From Tetramitus jugosus (Eukaryota; Protista; Heterolobosea): a stretch of 64,000 nt of DNA. A program made the position numbers and the translations under genes. The stretch spans positions 372,001-436,000 of the forward strand of contig OW569378.1 in assembly GCA_937625935.1 (NCBI GenBank), in the 5' to 3' direction. Positions 29,690 to 41,466 of this stretch are shown piece by piece. How positions within the stretch are numbered: the stretch's first letter is position 1; each line of letters opens with the position of its first letter. A model generated the notes under the pieces. It was given only the letters and a program-made list of their open reading frames with translations. It ran no database searches and had not been told where the DNA came from.

Positions 29690-32113
29690 TTATCCACCAA
29701 CAGCCCATCTATAAATTTCAGAGTTGAGATGTTCCTTGTGCTGTTTCAAGAATTTGTCAATCTCCACTGGATGGATGCCATTAAAACGAATGGCAACGTG
29801 AGACAAATCCTTTTTCTTGCCTTTTGAGTCCACGAGTTTTTTGCCACCTCCCGTTAGCTTGAGGAATCCCAAGTTGAGTAGCTTTTCAAAACTAGTCATT
29901 GCAATCGACTTGCTCAAGCTTAAGCTTCTCATTAGCTTATCTCGAAACAGATCAGCGTCCTTGACATTCACTGTTGTGGCACCGCCAGAGATAAATTTGC
30001 AGTACTCTGCGTAGGCAATCAAGAAATTGTAGGTAATAAATTGAGTGGAGGAGCGAGAGCCATACTCTTCGCACTTCTTGCACGCAATCAGAAAACAGAG
30101 CTCATACGTAGTTAAATCATGAATGATATCGATCATTGGATTTCGAGTGAGCTCACTGTACGTATCTGTAAACAATTGAGCCGTGATTTGATATCCATGA
30201 TTTCCTTGTTCGTTCTCTTCTTCAAGAAGATCATCTTGTTGTCGTTGCAGTTGTTGTTGAAACCGGAGCTCCAATGCAACAACGATTCTCTTGAACCATT
30301 CCAGATAGAATGCAACTCCAGAAGCACTGGCCAACGACCGTTGGAGCAATTGAGCTACTCTTGGTTCACTCGTGCACGATTGTAGGCTGTTCATTATCTG
30401 TTGGGCGATGGATCGCGTATGGAATTGTACAGTGTCATCCTCTGCAAGCGTGCTAACAACATCTACACATTCTCCATTGCTATTCGTTATGTTCTGATTG
30501 TCATCACTATGATTAATTGATTCTTGCTTGATATCAGCATGATTCCCAATTTCCTTTGAAGTTGTCAAATAATCACTGAGAGCTTCCTCTGCAATCTCCG
30601 TAAGTAATTGCCGAACTTGACTTGAGCTATTGGGTATGTGAGTAAATATTCTCCTACTTAGCAATCGACTCAGCGTTCTCTTGTCAATAATGGTTTCAAT
30701 ATTTTGACATGTCGTGAGACCAATGATCACCAAATGACTCGTCGACATGTGACTCGTATTGGCAATATGATACAAGGTTCGTTTTGCTCTCATGCAAACG
30801 AGCTCAAATCGATCAATGACAAAAATGGTACAAATGCCTTGTTTCCTGTTGTGAATGAGCTTGTTTTCGAGGTACATGAGATGCCTGGATAGAGTGACTT
30901 CGTCATCCTCATCATCCTTGCCATTGTCATCGTCGTCATCACTGTCATCCACTACATGTTCAGCATCCATCTCATCATCATATTTCTCTCTCGCATCAAG
31001 GTTCTTACTGTTGTGACTTTTGCGACGGGAAAGAGTGAAAATGGTGTTTGGATTGTCCAGTTGGGACTTGAGCTGAACATGACAACTGGTTTCCGTGGAC
31101 AGGAATTCACCTCGAATGGTCACGAGCTGATACCTTAGCGTGTTTTCCGTTTTTTGTGCATATTGCTGCAACTGGAGTTGTTGCTGTTGCAAATGCTGCT
31201 CCAAGCAACGAAACACATGAGAAACGAGCAAGTTTTTACCACTGCCCGATGGACCAATCACCAACACCGATGAATTCTCCTTGGATGTAATACTCCGACA
31301 CACGATTTGTGTCAGATAGTCGTGTTGTTTTTGTAGGAGAGAAGGAATGCGTCGTGGCATGTTACGACTCATCATTTGGCGCAACAACGAACCGTAGACG
31401 AGTTGAGCGGACTTTCGTTTAGCCGGAGAAATATGCTTGGCGCGAATTGCGGAGAATATCCCAGAGAAGGACTCACGAGGCGGAGGTGCAAATGACCTCA
31501 AAATCATGTGTGGTGTGTCGACAGCAGTTGCAACAAGAGTAGTACGAGTAGTAGTACTGGGTGTACTGACTGTAGTTGTGCTAACGTTCATTTTCTTCTT
31601 CTTTCGTTGTAATTTTTTCATCTGAACCGATTGAACGAATGCTTCATCAGATTGGTCAAGAATAAAGGAATCAATTTCATCACTACTACTACTACCACCA
31701 CCACCACCGTTTTTATCATTGTCTTTTGAAGCTATTGTTGTTGTTGTCTTCGTTTTTTCAGTTGTTGTTGTTTCAGTGGTGGTGGCAGTGGTAGTGACAG
31801 TTGTTGTTGTGACTGGTGATGGTGATGATTCAATGAGATTGAGTCTCTTGGTTCGTTTTTTTCTTGTTCGTTTCTTTTTAGTGATAACTGGTGTTGTTGA
31901 TGTTGACATTGTTGGTGACGACGGTATTGTTGTTGTTGTTGTTATTGACGACGGTGTGAGCGGTGGTAATCGTGTTGTTGTTACGGTTGTTGTTGTTGTG
32001 GGTTGTATTACTTGTATGAGTGGTTGTGGTGGTTCTGGTTCTGATTCGTATTCCTTCTTGATCTCGATGGAATCATCGAGATAACAATCTTCTCTTCTTG
32101 GTCTCTTGAGCAT
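29690..32113 (-). CDS. ORC4: Origin recognition complex subunit 4-like AAA+ protein
   Basis: SVLVIGPSGSGKN Walker A, IFVIDRFE Walker B, IGLT..IDKRTLSRL, LTTYELCFLIA and C-terminal IYRWA match ORC4 features. Confidence 0.85.
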   Translation of the reverse strand: MLKRPRREDCYLDDSIEIKKEYESEPEPPQPLIQVIQPTTTTTVTTTRLPPLTPSSITTTTTIPSSPTMSTSTTPVITKKKRTRKKRTKRLNLIESSPSPVTTTTVTTTATTTETTTTEKTKTTTTIASKDNDKNGGGGGSSSSDEIDSFILDQSDEAFVQSVQMKKLQRKKKKMNVSTTTVSTPSTTTRTTLVATAVDTPHMILRSFAPPPRESFSGIFSAIRAKHISPAKRKSAQLVYGSLLRQMMSRNMPRRIPSLLQKQHDYLTQIVCRSITSKENSSVLVIGPSGSGKNLLVSHVFRCLEQHLQQQQLQLQQYAQKTENTLRYQLVTIRGEFLSTETSCHVQLKSQLDNPNTIFTLSRRKSHNSKNLDAREKYDDEMDAEHVVDDSDDDDDNGKDDEDDEVTLSRHLMYLENKLIHNRKQGICTIFVIDRFELVCMRAKRTLYHIANTSHMSTSHLVIIGLTTCQNIETIIDKRTLSRLLSRRIFTHIPNSSSQVRQLLTEIAEEALSDYLTTSKEIGNHADIKQESINHSDDNQNITNSNGECVDVVSTLAEDDTVQFHTRSIAQQIMNSLQSCTSEPRVAQLLQRSLASASGVAFYLEWFKRIVVALELRFQQQLQRQQDDLLEEENEQGNHGYQITAQLFTDTYSELTRNPMIDIIHDLTTYELCFLIACKKCEEYGSRSSTQFITYNFLIAYAEYCKFISGGATTVNVKDADLFRDKLMRSLSLSKSIAMTSFEKLLNLGFLKLTGGGKKLVDSKGKKKDLSHVAIRFNGIHPVEIDKFLKQHKEHLNSEIYRWAVGG

Positions 32114-32164
32114 TTTGATATGTTTGTTTTTATTTGTTCGCTTTGGTTGTGGAATTTCCTGTGA

Positions 32165-32180
32165 TTTTTTTGGCGCGGAA
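32165..32180 (-). promoter_or_regulatory. E2F-like site upstream of ORC4
   Basis: TTTTTTTGGCGCGGAA about 55 nt upstream of the ORC4 ATG matches the TTTSSCGC consensus. Confidence 0.5.
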
Positions 32181-32231
32181 GTGGGTTGGCCTCGAGATTT
32201 TAATTAAAGAAAATTAGATTGGGGCATTCAT

Positions 32232-34025
32232 TTATTGATTATTAATCTCAACCAGTTCATATTGTTGATCCATGGAGCTCTGGTCATTTTCAAGGTGAAT
32301 TTTCACTCTGTTCACTGCAGTGGTCGAAGGTTTGTTGTTTGCCCATTGATACTGTCTAGCTTCTTCTTTAGCAACGTAGGATCGAGTGATTCGAAGGTTG
32401 GAACTTAATCGATCTGCAAATGATTTGTCAATTGCCACATCTCCTGTTTTAGAGCTATCTTCTGTGAATGGTTGAGCTTGAGTGTTTGCTGCAGTGTTCA
32501 CTTGATTCACAGTCGATTGTGGCAATTGTTTGGTCTCAAACACGATGGAATCTGCTTCGTTATTCACAAAGGAACAGTTATGGATCTTGAATTGAAAATC
32601 TTTGAGGTTTGGGTGGTCCAGATAGATGACTCCATAGCTTCCCTTCTTGGTTGGATTGATTGCCTTGCTGTGAATTTCACCTGTTCCCAAGCAACAGCGT
32701 GTAAAGTGACAATCATTGAGAGAGACCAAGCACTCTGACGACTGGGGAACATTCCTTTGATTGGCGATACGAATCGCATACTTTCCCAATCGATCAAAGT
32801 AACAATGGTTCATAATGACACTTGAGTTTTGAACGGCCAACGCAGCATCTTCATTCTCAAACTTACAATAAGAGAACTCTCCTATTGAATACTGATCCAA
32901 TCGCACCAAATCTGACACTTCAAACTGTTCACTCGGTAGCGAACTGAAACGGATTTGATGAAACCTTGCGAAACAATTTTTCAATTTAAGAGAACACTTT
33001 TTCGATGGTCCTCTCGGTTCAATCTGTATGACAACATCGGTCACTGCTTTTTCTTCACATTTCGAACTCTTCATTCCAATAATTTCCAATGTCTTACAAC
33101 TTTCGATACATCGATTACTTGCAATGTAATGATCTCCTGGTGGTAGCAGAATAATGTCTCCACTGTTGAGACGACCAGGTTCCAACACATCATCCAATGA
33201 ACCGTACTGATACACTTCAATAAATGGATACTTGTGCTTGAGCATGCATTGTTGAAAGAATGGATCCGATTCATGAGTGTTCGGATTGGCTGTCATGAGT
33301 GGAATATGGATGGTTAGTGACGCGAGATTCCTCTCTGGAAATTGGTCAGATGGCTCCATCAGATGACCCAGAGATTGAAAGAATTGAGTTACTTGAAGGA
33401 TACGATGTTGTTTGTATGCTTCGTCATTGTCTTCCTTCTCTTCTTGAAGTTCAATCGGCTGGACTTCTTCAATGGTTAGTTTTTGCTTTTTGTGAGACGA
33501 CGATGATTGTTGAGATGTTGTAACCGCACTGAGAGGTCGTTTGGTGCCCAATTTTTTCTCCTTTTCTTTTTGTTTCTTCTCCAATAGGAATTGAATCAAT
33601 TTGTCCTTGAGTTCGACCTTTGTCCCTGCTTCGTTCAATCCATACTTTTCTAATTCCAATTGCAATTCATGGAGTGATAGATGACCAATACGACTCTCTA
33701 TTTTTCTTCTTTGTCGTTCTTCTTCGCTCTTCTCGTCTCGGTTACTGTTTTGAAGTTCCATTTCCTTGTTTTTCTCTTGATACTGTTGCCACAGAGTTTG
33801 TAAAGTATTAAAATCGAACCGGTCATCATCTGGCGTTTTACTGTCATTTTTACCTACAGTAGATTCCTTTTGGATATCTTTCCGTTTGTGTCCATGTTTA
33901 GTGGAAGCTGGTTGAAGGAAGGCTGGAAGAGGGAGTTGACTCTGGATCGAGATATCTGAATCTGAAGCTTTGTTAGCTGATGTTTCGACCATGCTACTAA
34001 GATGTTTCGTTGATCGTTGTGGCAA
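32232..34025 (-). CDS. SAP domain + right-handed beta-helix protein
   Basis: LSLHELQLELEKYGLNEAGTKVELKDKL (SAP); GDIILLPPGDH followed by repeated xxCxF beta-helix turns. Confidence 0.7.
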   Translation of the reverse strand: MPQRSTKHLSSMVETSANKASDSDISIQSQLPLPAFLQPASTKHGHKRKDIQKESTVGKNDSKTPDDDRFDFNTLQTLWQQYQEKNKEMELQNSNRDEKSEEERQRRKIESRIGHLSLHELQLELEKYGLNEAGTKVELKDKLIQFLLEKKQKEKEKKLGTKRPLSAVTTSQQSSSSHKKQKLTIEEVQPIELQEEKEDNDEAYKQHRILQVTQFFQSLGHLMEPSDQFPERNLASLTIHIPLMTANPNTHESDPFFQQCMLKHKYPFIEVYQYGSLDDVLEPGRLNSGDIILLPPGDHYIASNRCIESCKTLEIIGMKSSKCEEKAVTDVVIQIEPRGPSKKCSLKLKNCFARFHQIRFSSLPSEQFEVSDLVRLDQYSIGEFSYCKFENEDAALAVQNSSVIMNHCYFDRLGKYAIRIANQRNVPQSSECLVSLNDCHFTRCCLGTGEIHSKAINPTKKGSYGVIYLDHPNLKDFQFKIHNCSFVNNEADSIVFETKQLPQSTVNQVNTAANTQAQPFTEDSSKTGDVAIDKSFADRLSSNLRITRSYVAKEEARQYQWANNKPSTTAVNRVKIHLENDQSSMDQQYELVEINNQ

Positions 34026-34329
34026 TGGATCTTCAGATTAAAAGTAGTTGGATGGTTTGGGTTGGAAAGGACGAAAGAAATGTGCGATCAACCGAAAGTT
34101 AGGGACATGTTAATAATAAATGCGAGAATTCCCGCGATACCGAACGTTGAGAGATTTCTTTTTTCAGCTGAGTTGAGACGTCGAATGTATTCAACAGAGT
34201 TGTTTTCGCCGTTTATCTGTCCCGCTGAACAAACCAATCAACGAGTACCAGTCCAGATACTTTCATTGGCAATAGAAGCCTCAAGCAAAAGATTTTCAAG
34301 ATTCTTCTAGATAGGGTTAAAACGCCGGC

Positions 34330-36390
34330 ATGGTTGAACTCAATTCCCAACAGGTTAACACACTACACAATCAAGAACAGTATTCTGATCAAGGACTCAT
34401 GAACAAGAAAGACTATGTACGACAAGAGAAGGGCGAGTTGAATGCAAAGGAAATGGCATGTTATCAAAAGTTGTTGAGACCATTCGATTCCAGATTCACG
34501 TGTCCATTGTCGAATCAACTGTTATCGGATCCTGTGTTCATAGAGAAGGGTCAAGACGAACATGTAATGTTTGAGCGAAAGGCACTCTTGGTTTCTCCTG
34601 AAAGGATTGGATCAGAAAAAGTAAAAACGAACTCTTATTTTGTAAACTCCTTGAAGGAGTATCGAGAAGGAATGACTGAAAAATGCTACAAGTTTGCTCG
34701 AAAACTGTTGCATGACAACAAGGGCTACGAAGAAACATTAAAAGTAGTGGATCTAGGGTTGACCTGCGATTGCTCCCCGCATTTTTCAACCCTTGTTTCG
34801 AGTTCCTCACAGTTGTCAAAAGATGAGAGGGATCGAATGATAAAGAGAAGATTGGATATGTTGCATTACAAGTTGAGATGCCTAACAAAGTTAGGAAATG
34901 GCCACGACGAAGAAAATCTGAAAACCAGAATTGAATTGACGGTGTTGTTGGGTGAGCGGTTGTCTGATGATACTTCAGTTGAATCGAAGAACACTTTAGT
35001 GGCTGACATTCTTCACTTACTACGCTCGACATTAATGGGAGGTATGATAATGGATGCTTCTATTGAGCAAAAGTGTCAATTATTGAGGGTCTTCTTGCAC
35101 AACTTTCAAGCGGTGTTCGATAAGTGGAATTCAAGGATCGATACTTCTACTGCCAAAACTACCAATTTTTCAGTAAGTGAGGTGAATCATCTCATGATGA
35201 ATGGAATAGATTGGATAGTAGAAAGAGGAGACAACAAAACAAATGAAGAACTTTGCTCGCTATACATCCATGCGATTGGATTGCTCGACTCTCATTGTCG
35301 ATTGAATACAATACTCAAATTAATCGACAACAATGATCTACGACTGAGAAGTGAACAGATCATTGTGTTGTGGGATGTTCTTCAGCGAAAACACATTCAA
35401 TCCTCAGATATCTCACGAATTGATCAATCAATCCTCAACACGATAAGAAATAGCAAATGGACCAACAATGAAAGGAAGTTACTTGCACAAAAGGTGAGAC
35501 AATTGATCAACAAACTTAACATCGAGAAAACCTCTCTTTCTTCCCAGTTACTATCTACACTTGAGGAAATTGAAAGTTGTAAAGTTGAGCCTGAAAAACC
35601 TGCCCAGAAAGCACAGGAAGTGGTTGTTCAATGCACATCTAATGTCCCATCCGAATTCAAGAAGAGAGGTAGTTACAGTGATACAGAAGCTCCAAAACTG
35701 TTTCAACCAGAACAGAGGTTCGCTCGGAAGCCATCCCGAACTCAAAGTGCTGACTTTGCAGAGGTTTCAGCAGCCCGAAGTGAGTTCAGTCCCTCATACT
35801 CCAAGCAAGCCAAACAAATAGAACAACTTCAAAACATTGTGACGAAGCAACAGAGAGAAATTGATGAACTAAAGATGTTGTGCATTCAACTATCGACAAC
35901 GAGTCGTACTGCACATCCCGAATTGATATACAATAGCGCTCTCTTAAGTGGCCGATGCGATGTATTTGTCAAACGGGACCACACCAAAACAACTATAGGA
36001 GAGTATTACTTATCCCAGGTGTTCGACTTGTGTGGATTTCAATGGCTTCTCATGATCTATCCTCATGGAAAGAAGAAGGCCAAGTATTGTTCTGTTAATC
36101 TTCGGCTCGTCAATTGCCCCAACGATATCATTCTCCAAATCAGAGCTCAATACTCCTTTTCCATGAACAACAACACGTGGAATAGAGAAAGGACCTTTTG
36201 TGCCGGCGGAAGAGGATGGGGAACAAAAAATTTTTGTTTGAAGGAGTTGTTCGACAAGGAAGAAACAACAGTCGCGGGAAACAACTCTGGACACTTATTC
36301 ACAGTTCAGATATCAATTGAAGAACTAAAAGTTTTCAAGACGAGAGAAGAACAAACACAGTTCAATCTGCTCCACCAAATTGAGATTTAA
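34330..36390 (+). CDS. U-box-like + helical + coiled-coil + MATH/TRAF domain protein (putative E3 ligase)
   Basis: FTCPLSNQLLSDPV..FERKAL (U-box); GFQWLLMIYPHG..CSVNLRL..GWGTKNF (MATH). Confidence 0.75.
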   Translation: MVELNSQQVNTLHNQEQYSDQGLMNKKDYVRQEKGELNAKEMACYQKLLRPFDSRFTCPLSNQLLSDPVFIEKGQDEHVMFERKALLVSPERIGSEKVKTNSYFVNSLKEYREGMTEKCYKFARKLLHDNKGYEETLKVVDLGLTCDCSPHFSTLVSSSSQLSKDERDRMIKRRLDMLHYKLRCLTKLGNGHDEENLKTRIELTVLLGERLSDDTSVESKNTLVADILHLLRSTLMGGMIMDASIEQKCQLLRVFLHNFQAVFDKWNSRIDTSTAKTTNFSVSEVNHLMMNGIDWIVERGDNKTNEELCSLYIHAIGLLDSHCRLNTILKLIDNNDLRLRSEQIIVLWDVLQRKHIQSSDISRIDQSILNTIRNSKWTNNERKLLAQKVRQLINKLNIEKTSLSSQLLSTLEEIESCKVEPEKPAQKAQEVVVQCTSNVPSEFKKRGSYSDTEAPKLFQPEQRFARKPSRTQSADFAEVSAARSEFSPSYSKQAKQIEQLQNIVTKQQREIDELKMLCIQLSTTSRTAHPELIYNSALLSGRCDVFVKRDHTKTTIGEYYLSQVFDLCGFQWLLMIYPHGKKKAKYCSVNLRLVNCPNDIILQIRAQYSFSMNNNTWNRERTFCAGGRGWGTKNFCLKELFDKEETTVAGNNSGHLFTVQISIEELKVFKTREEQTQFNLLHQIEI

Positions 36391-36577
36391 TACAACCCAG
36401 CTGTGTATCTGTGAATTTTTGGGTATTCTTTTCCCTCAGTCCGACGACACCTGTCGAAAAATGTCACAATCTCTCCATTGTTCGTCATCCCAAAAGAACA
36501 GTAAGCAAAAAACCAAAAAAAACCAAAAATCTTCTTGTTGCTCTCTGTTGTGAATTGTGAGTTCTTTCGAGGGTGAA

Positions 36578-39500
36578 ATGAGTGATAGCACGAGTTCTAC
36601 TTCTTCTACCCAACAACAACCACAACAACAAACCGTTGTGGAAGAAGCAACAAGTCAACCACAAGTCAGCAACACTGAAACAAAATCACAAAAGCAACAA
36701 CAAAATCTGAAAGAACCGATTGCTGTATGTGTTGCCAATAGTGATAGTGGTGCTTGGTTTCACAAAACAAAATTTTTTGGATCTTTTCCAGCTCGATCCA
36801 ATCATTGGGTATGTGCCCCCGTGTTGTTGTTGTTGCTTGTTGTTGCTTGTTGTTGTGTTTGTTTTTTGTGTGGAACCAACCGCCTTTTTAGCTCTTTGGT
36901 GTTTTTACGAGTGTCAAAAGCTTTTGTTACTGTTTTAAAAAAAGATGTGCGCCAGTGTACTGACAGTGTTGATAATCAATGAATGAATATGAAATATTTT
37001 TTGTTTTGCTATCATTGTTCATTGTTTATTGTTTATTGTTGTTCATGACTGCGACGAAAAAGGGTCTCTCATTCTCTCACAACAAATTCCTGGTGCAAGG
37101 CGGCGTTTGCGACAACAAAAATCTCCATCGAACCATTTACGTTTTTGAGCGACAAGCGAACAATACATGGTTCAGCACGAGTGCACCTGTTCAGAATCCA
37201 CAAGACGCTCCTCCGCGCATCTGGAATCACACGGTCGTTTACTATCCGAAACAAAACTCCATTTATGTTTTTGGTGGCAGAAATCATTTACGATGCTTTC
37301 AAGAGACGTTTGTTTTGCAGTTGGATCCTGTTTGGTTGTGGTCAAAGATTATTTCTGTTCATAAGGTGAATCATCGATACAGTGTGCCTCTATCGACATC
37401 GACTGCGAATACTGCTTCGATGAATGGCAGCAATAATATTAATAATAACAAGTTGAGAATTCCGTGCAGGAGACATGATCATACGGCAGTGTTGATTGGC
37501 AATGAAATGGTTGTTTTTGGTGGAATGAGTGATCACAGTTTGAACAGGAGGGTGTTGAATGATGTTTGGGCGTTGGACTTGGATAATCACACGTGGAGAG
37601 ATGTGATTGTATCGGTGAAAAATGGTGTGCCTGTTGAGAGGTACTCTCATGCTGCTATTGCGTTGGACGATGGGAAGAGTATGATGATTTGGGGAGGTGT
37701 TTCGAAAACGGGTCACAAGTTGAACGATTGTTGGATATTTGATTTGGGATTTAAATCGTGGAGACAGGTCATTTTAACAGGTACGGCTCCTCAGGCGAGA
37801 GTGGATTGTCAACTTGTGAGTATTGGCAGTGGTTTGGTCATTGGTTTCGGAGGATATAGTAACATGCGGTATCACAAGGACTTTTTCGCGATTGATTTAG
37901 TCAAGAACCGATACATTGCGGTTGATGTCCCGAGAAAGGAGTTACCAAGTGCCAGAAAGGGTCATTCGTTGACTATGTTGCAAAAGAGTGGTTCATTTGA
38001 TAATGTTGTTGTCATGTTGGGTGGCAATTCGAGAAAGCGAGGAAGATTGGATGATATGTGGTCCATTGATGTTCAATTATTGAAGAATCGATTGCTCTAC
38101 ACTGGAAAGAATCTTGCTCAATCCCTCAGCGATCACAACGCAAAATATGACCGAATTACGAAGTGTATTGAAGAATTGGAGCACCACATGTCCAATCCTG
38201 AAATTGAATCCAAGAAGGAGTTGGTTCCAGTGAAGAATTTAGACAAGGGAGAGACAGTTGAGGTCGAATTCGAAGCCAATGAACTCACGGCACTGTACAT
38301 GGACCGAATGATTCTCGATACAGAGCGTAGAGATTTCAACAAGGCCATGGATGCACTGAAGAAGTTAAAGGACATTTCGAGCACTGATGTATCCTCGTTA
38401 GAGACAGCAGCACTCGTGTATTATCATTGTGGAGACCTTGATCAAGCAAGAGAGCACTTGGATCGTGTTGACCGAAACCAGTTGAGTGTCGAAGGTCACA
38501 TTCTATTGACTCAAGTATACTTGGCTTGTGGAAGCACGACCCAGGCAACCAATTGTGTCAAGGACTTGTTGGACTCGCGTGGCAAGCAATTAAAATCGAA
38601 TCAAGTTAGCGAACTGAGCGAGTGGAGAAATTATCTTTCAAAGCTCGGTACTCCAAACACCAGAGGTCGCAGAGGCACTATTCTAGGACCCGCTCCCCAT
38701 TCGAATCTAGCGACTACTCTGCCAGATCAAATGATTGCTTACACAGAGACGATTGACGACGCATTCTATGAAGCCGAGTTCGATGATGCAACAGAAGATA
38801 CAATGAATGACCAGACGGAAGCGGACCTGAGAACCTCTGTGCCTGACGATCAACCAAACCAACAGAACTCCCATGACATTATTATTGCAGGTGGTGCATC
38901 CTGTGGTTTGAAAACAATGTTACAAAACTGGAGAGCAGCATTAGTGCAGAGCGTCAGTCCAAACGAGTGTGAGCACTACCGATCCAAGATACGGAATCAA
39001 ACAGTGGATATACTTTTTGCTTGTGTTGATCTGATAGAAATGTTTAATGCGAGTATCGAGATACAGATGCGAGAGTCATTGGATATTGTTTTTAACCGCG
39101 AGCGAATGTTGTTTGAGCAGGCACAGGCCGAACGAATTCAAGCAATTCGAGACTTGAAGGAAAAGAACAGATCAGACTACACAGAAGATGATTTTGTGTT
39201 GGTTGGTACATTTTGTAGAGATCGTGCCGTTCGAACAGTCATCAAGTCTCTGTACGAAATTTTGAGCTACATGGATGAAAAACAGTTGTGTATCGAGCCT
39301 GTGTCCACACTTCTCACGAGTGATATTCACTATTACATGAATGAACAGAATGTAGCTCGTATAATATGTTCCGGTTCACTCTTTCCAATTATTGCCTCTG
39401 ATGTGCTTCGAATTGCTCATAAACAGCATTTCTTCTATCCGGCACATTTACATTCAGGGGAGGAAGAACAAGCATATGAATCAGACTATCCTATTCTAGA

Positions 39501-40149
39501 GTTGATGTACAAAAAGATTCCATACAACATTGTTTCGGTTCGAGATGTGCAGAGTGTATTTAATGTAGAGTCAGGTGAGAGCATCGCTGTTGATTTGCAT
39601 CAACGATTCCCTCATTTGAGTTGTGTTGTGCTCGTAGCCAACTTGGCAGACGTGTTTAGCAAGCACAACAGCTCACTGAATGAAGGAGAAGAAGAGTATG
39701 CTGTTCTGTCAGGAGGTGTCACCTACAATAAGAACAGCAGCTCTTCTATCGTTGCAAGTTTGAGATTATTCCATGCAATTTGCAATGACTTGGCATTGGC
39801 AGATAAGCCCGTAGTGATTTTGTTTACGCACTGCGATGAGTTCGCTAGAATGTGCAATAGTGTGGCAAAGGTGAACAGCCCTGGTGTTTATTCCTTGCAG
39901 AATGTGTTGCCAAAGTTCTATCTCCCAGCAGCAGACAGTGGTATCAGTTTAGGCAAGAGTGTGTCTGTCTTTTTGGAGAAGTGTTTCAATGACCTAAATG
40001 AGACCAACTCCAATTCGACACGAAGGTTGCATTTCCGTTATTTTGATAGCAATGAACAAGCTCAAGCCATGGCGATTTTCAAGTTTGTGGACAGTGTTGC
40101 GAATGCTGTTCGTGCACATAACATTTTGAAGGACATGAAAATGCTGTAA
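36578..40149 (+). CDS. Kelch-repeat + TPR + degenerate G-alpha-like domain fusion protein; two exons (intron 36809-37062)
   Basis: Kelch motifs (RRHDHT..VVFGG, RYSHAA..IWGG, RKGHS..MLGG), TPR-like helices, C-terminal G-alpha-like segments (SLRLFHAICN..KPVVILFTHCD). In-frame splice GTATGT..AAAG. Confidence 0.8.
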
Positions 40150-40611
40150 ACTACGAACTAGAGCGTGCCATAAATGTTGAATGGTGATGTGTACTACAAC
40201 AATAAAGTTCCTCAACTCACCAAGTGGAACTGTCCATCTGTATGCGAATTCATCGCACCTGGGAGCAGCACAAAAGAGCTATTTAGCTTCCAAACATCAA
40301 GATTCACACCAAACATCGCCCACACGTCGAAAGAAAAGATTCGGTCTAACCGGTAACGAAAACGCGCCAAACCTCGAACTGTCAACCATAGTCAATAAAA
40401 GGAAAAGTAACAGCACCCCGAGATACCGTTCGAACCAAAACCCACTTGTCACTGAAACACGAGAGAGAGCAAACAACAAACAAACTGCTGGCTACTACAC
40501 TCAACAATATAATACTACTTATATCCTCAGGCTACCCCACACAACTACCAACTCACCTTCTTGTACATACATATCACAACAACAACAAATAACAACAAAC
40601 AACAAACAACA

Positions 40612-41466
40612 ATGACACATCTTCACCAACATCTCAAAAGAAACAGGAACAATAGGCTTGACTTGTATCTTATAGGATCAAAAAACGTTGGAAAATCTGC
40701 TTTAATATCCAGATTCCAATCTTCTCCACTACCACTTGACTTGAACAGACATCCTAGAAACAAGGTTCGTTTGCACGAGCTTTCCTCAAAGGATGTGCTT
40801 CAGTTTGTAAAGGATGAACACTTTTTGCATGAACACTGTGGATTCATGTTTGTATATTCTGTAGATGACCAGGATTCGTTGGAACAAGCACAACTTGCTT
40901 ATCGGACCTTGCTCTTTCTTCAAGAAGAACAAGGCTTTACGACAAGGTTGTCAGCTGTCATTGTCGGAACAAAATATAATTGTCCGTTAACTACGGATGA
41001 CCGACAGCAGTCGGAGCGGCCACATGATGACTTCTCCTCTCTGCCATGGTACTTGACAACGATTGATGAAAATGAGAAGCATCTAACATCTAACAAGAGG
41101 CCTTTGCACAGTCATACGCCGTTTGATCATTTAATACAAATGGTTCACGACCGTTATCACTACCTTCAAGAGATGGCAGCTTGTTGGAATGATGATCAGC
41201 CAATCGTCAGTGAAGAAGTTGAGCTATCACAACAAGCAGAAGAAGAAACTGAAGAGCAAGAAGAAATACCAGAGAACTATTCTCCACCACAGATGATTTC
41301 CCTACCTTCAGTTGCAAGCATGGTCCATGTCGCACAAATGTCGACGAGTATAACGGTTCCGATGAGCGGACAAGAGCAACCAAGTGCCACCGAACCAGCT
41401 GTTACACCTCGGTTGAACGCTGTACCGGATCCAACCAAGGACACCGCTGCAGACGTTCCTGAATAA
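40612..41466 (+). CDS. Degenerate Ras-like small GTPase with acidic extension
   Basis: LIGSKNVGKSAL P-loop, FMFVYSVDDQDSL, VIVGTK; no DxxG motif and no CaaX. Confidence 0.6.
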   Translation: MTHLHQHLKRNRNNRLDLYLIGSKNVGKSALISRFQSSPLPLDLNRHPRNKVRLHELSSKDVLQFVKDEHFLHEHCGFMFVYSVDDQDSLEQAQLAYRTLLFLQEEQGFTTRLSAVIVGTKYNCPLTTDDRQQSERPHDDFSSLPWYLTTIDENEKHLTSNKRPLHSHTPFDHLIQMVHDRYHYLQEMAACWNDDQPIVSEEVELSQQAEEETEEQEEIPENYSPPQMISLPSVASMVHVAQMSTSITVPMSGQEQPSATEPAVTPRLNAVPDPTKDTAADVPE

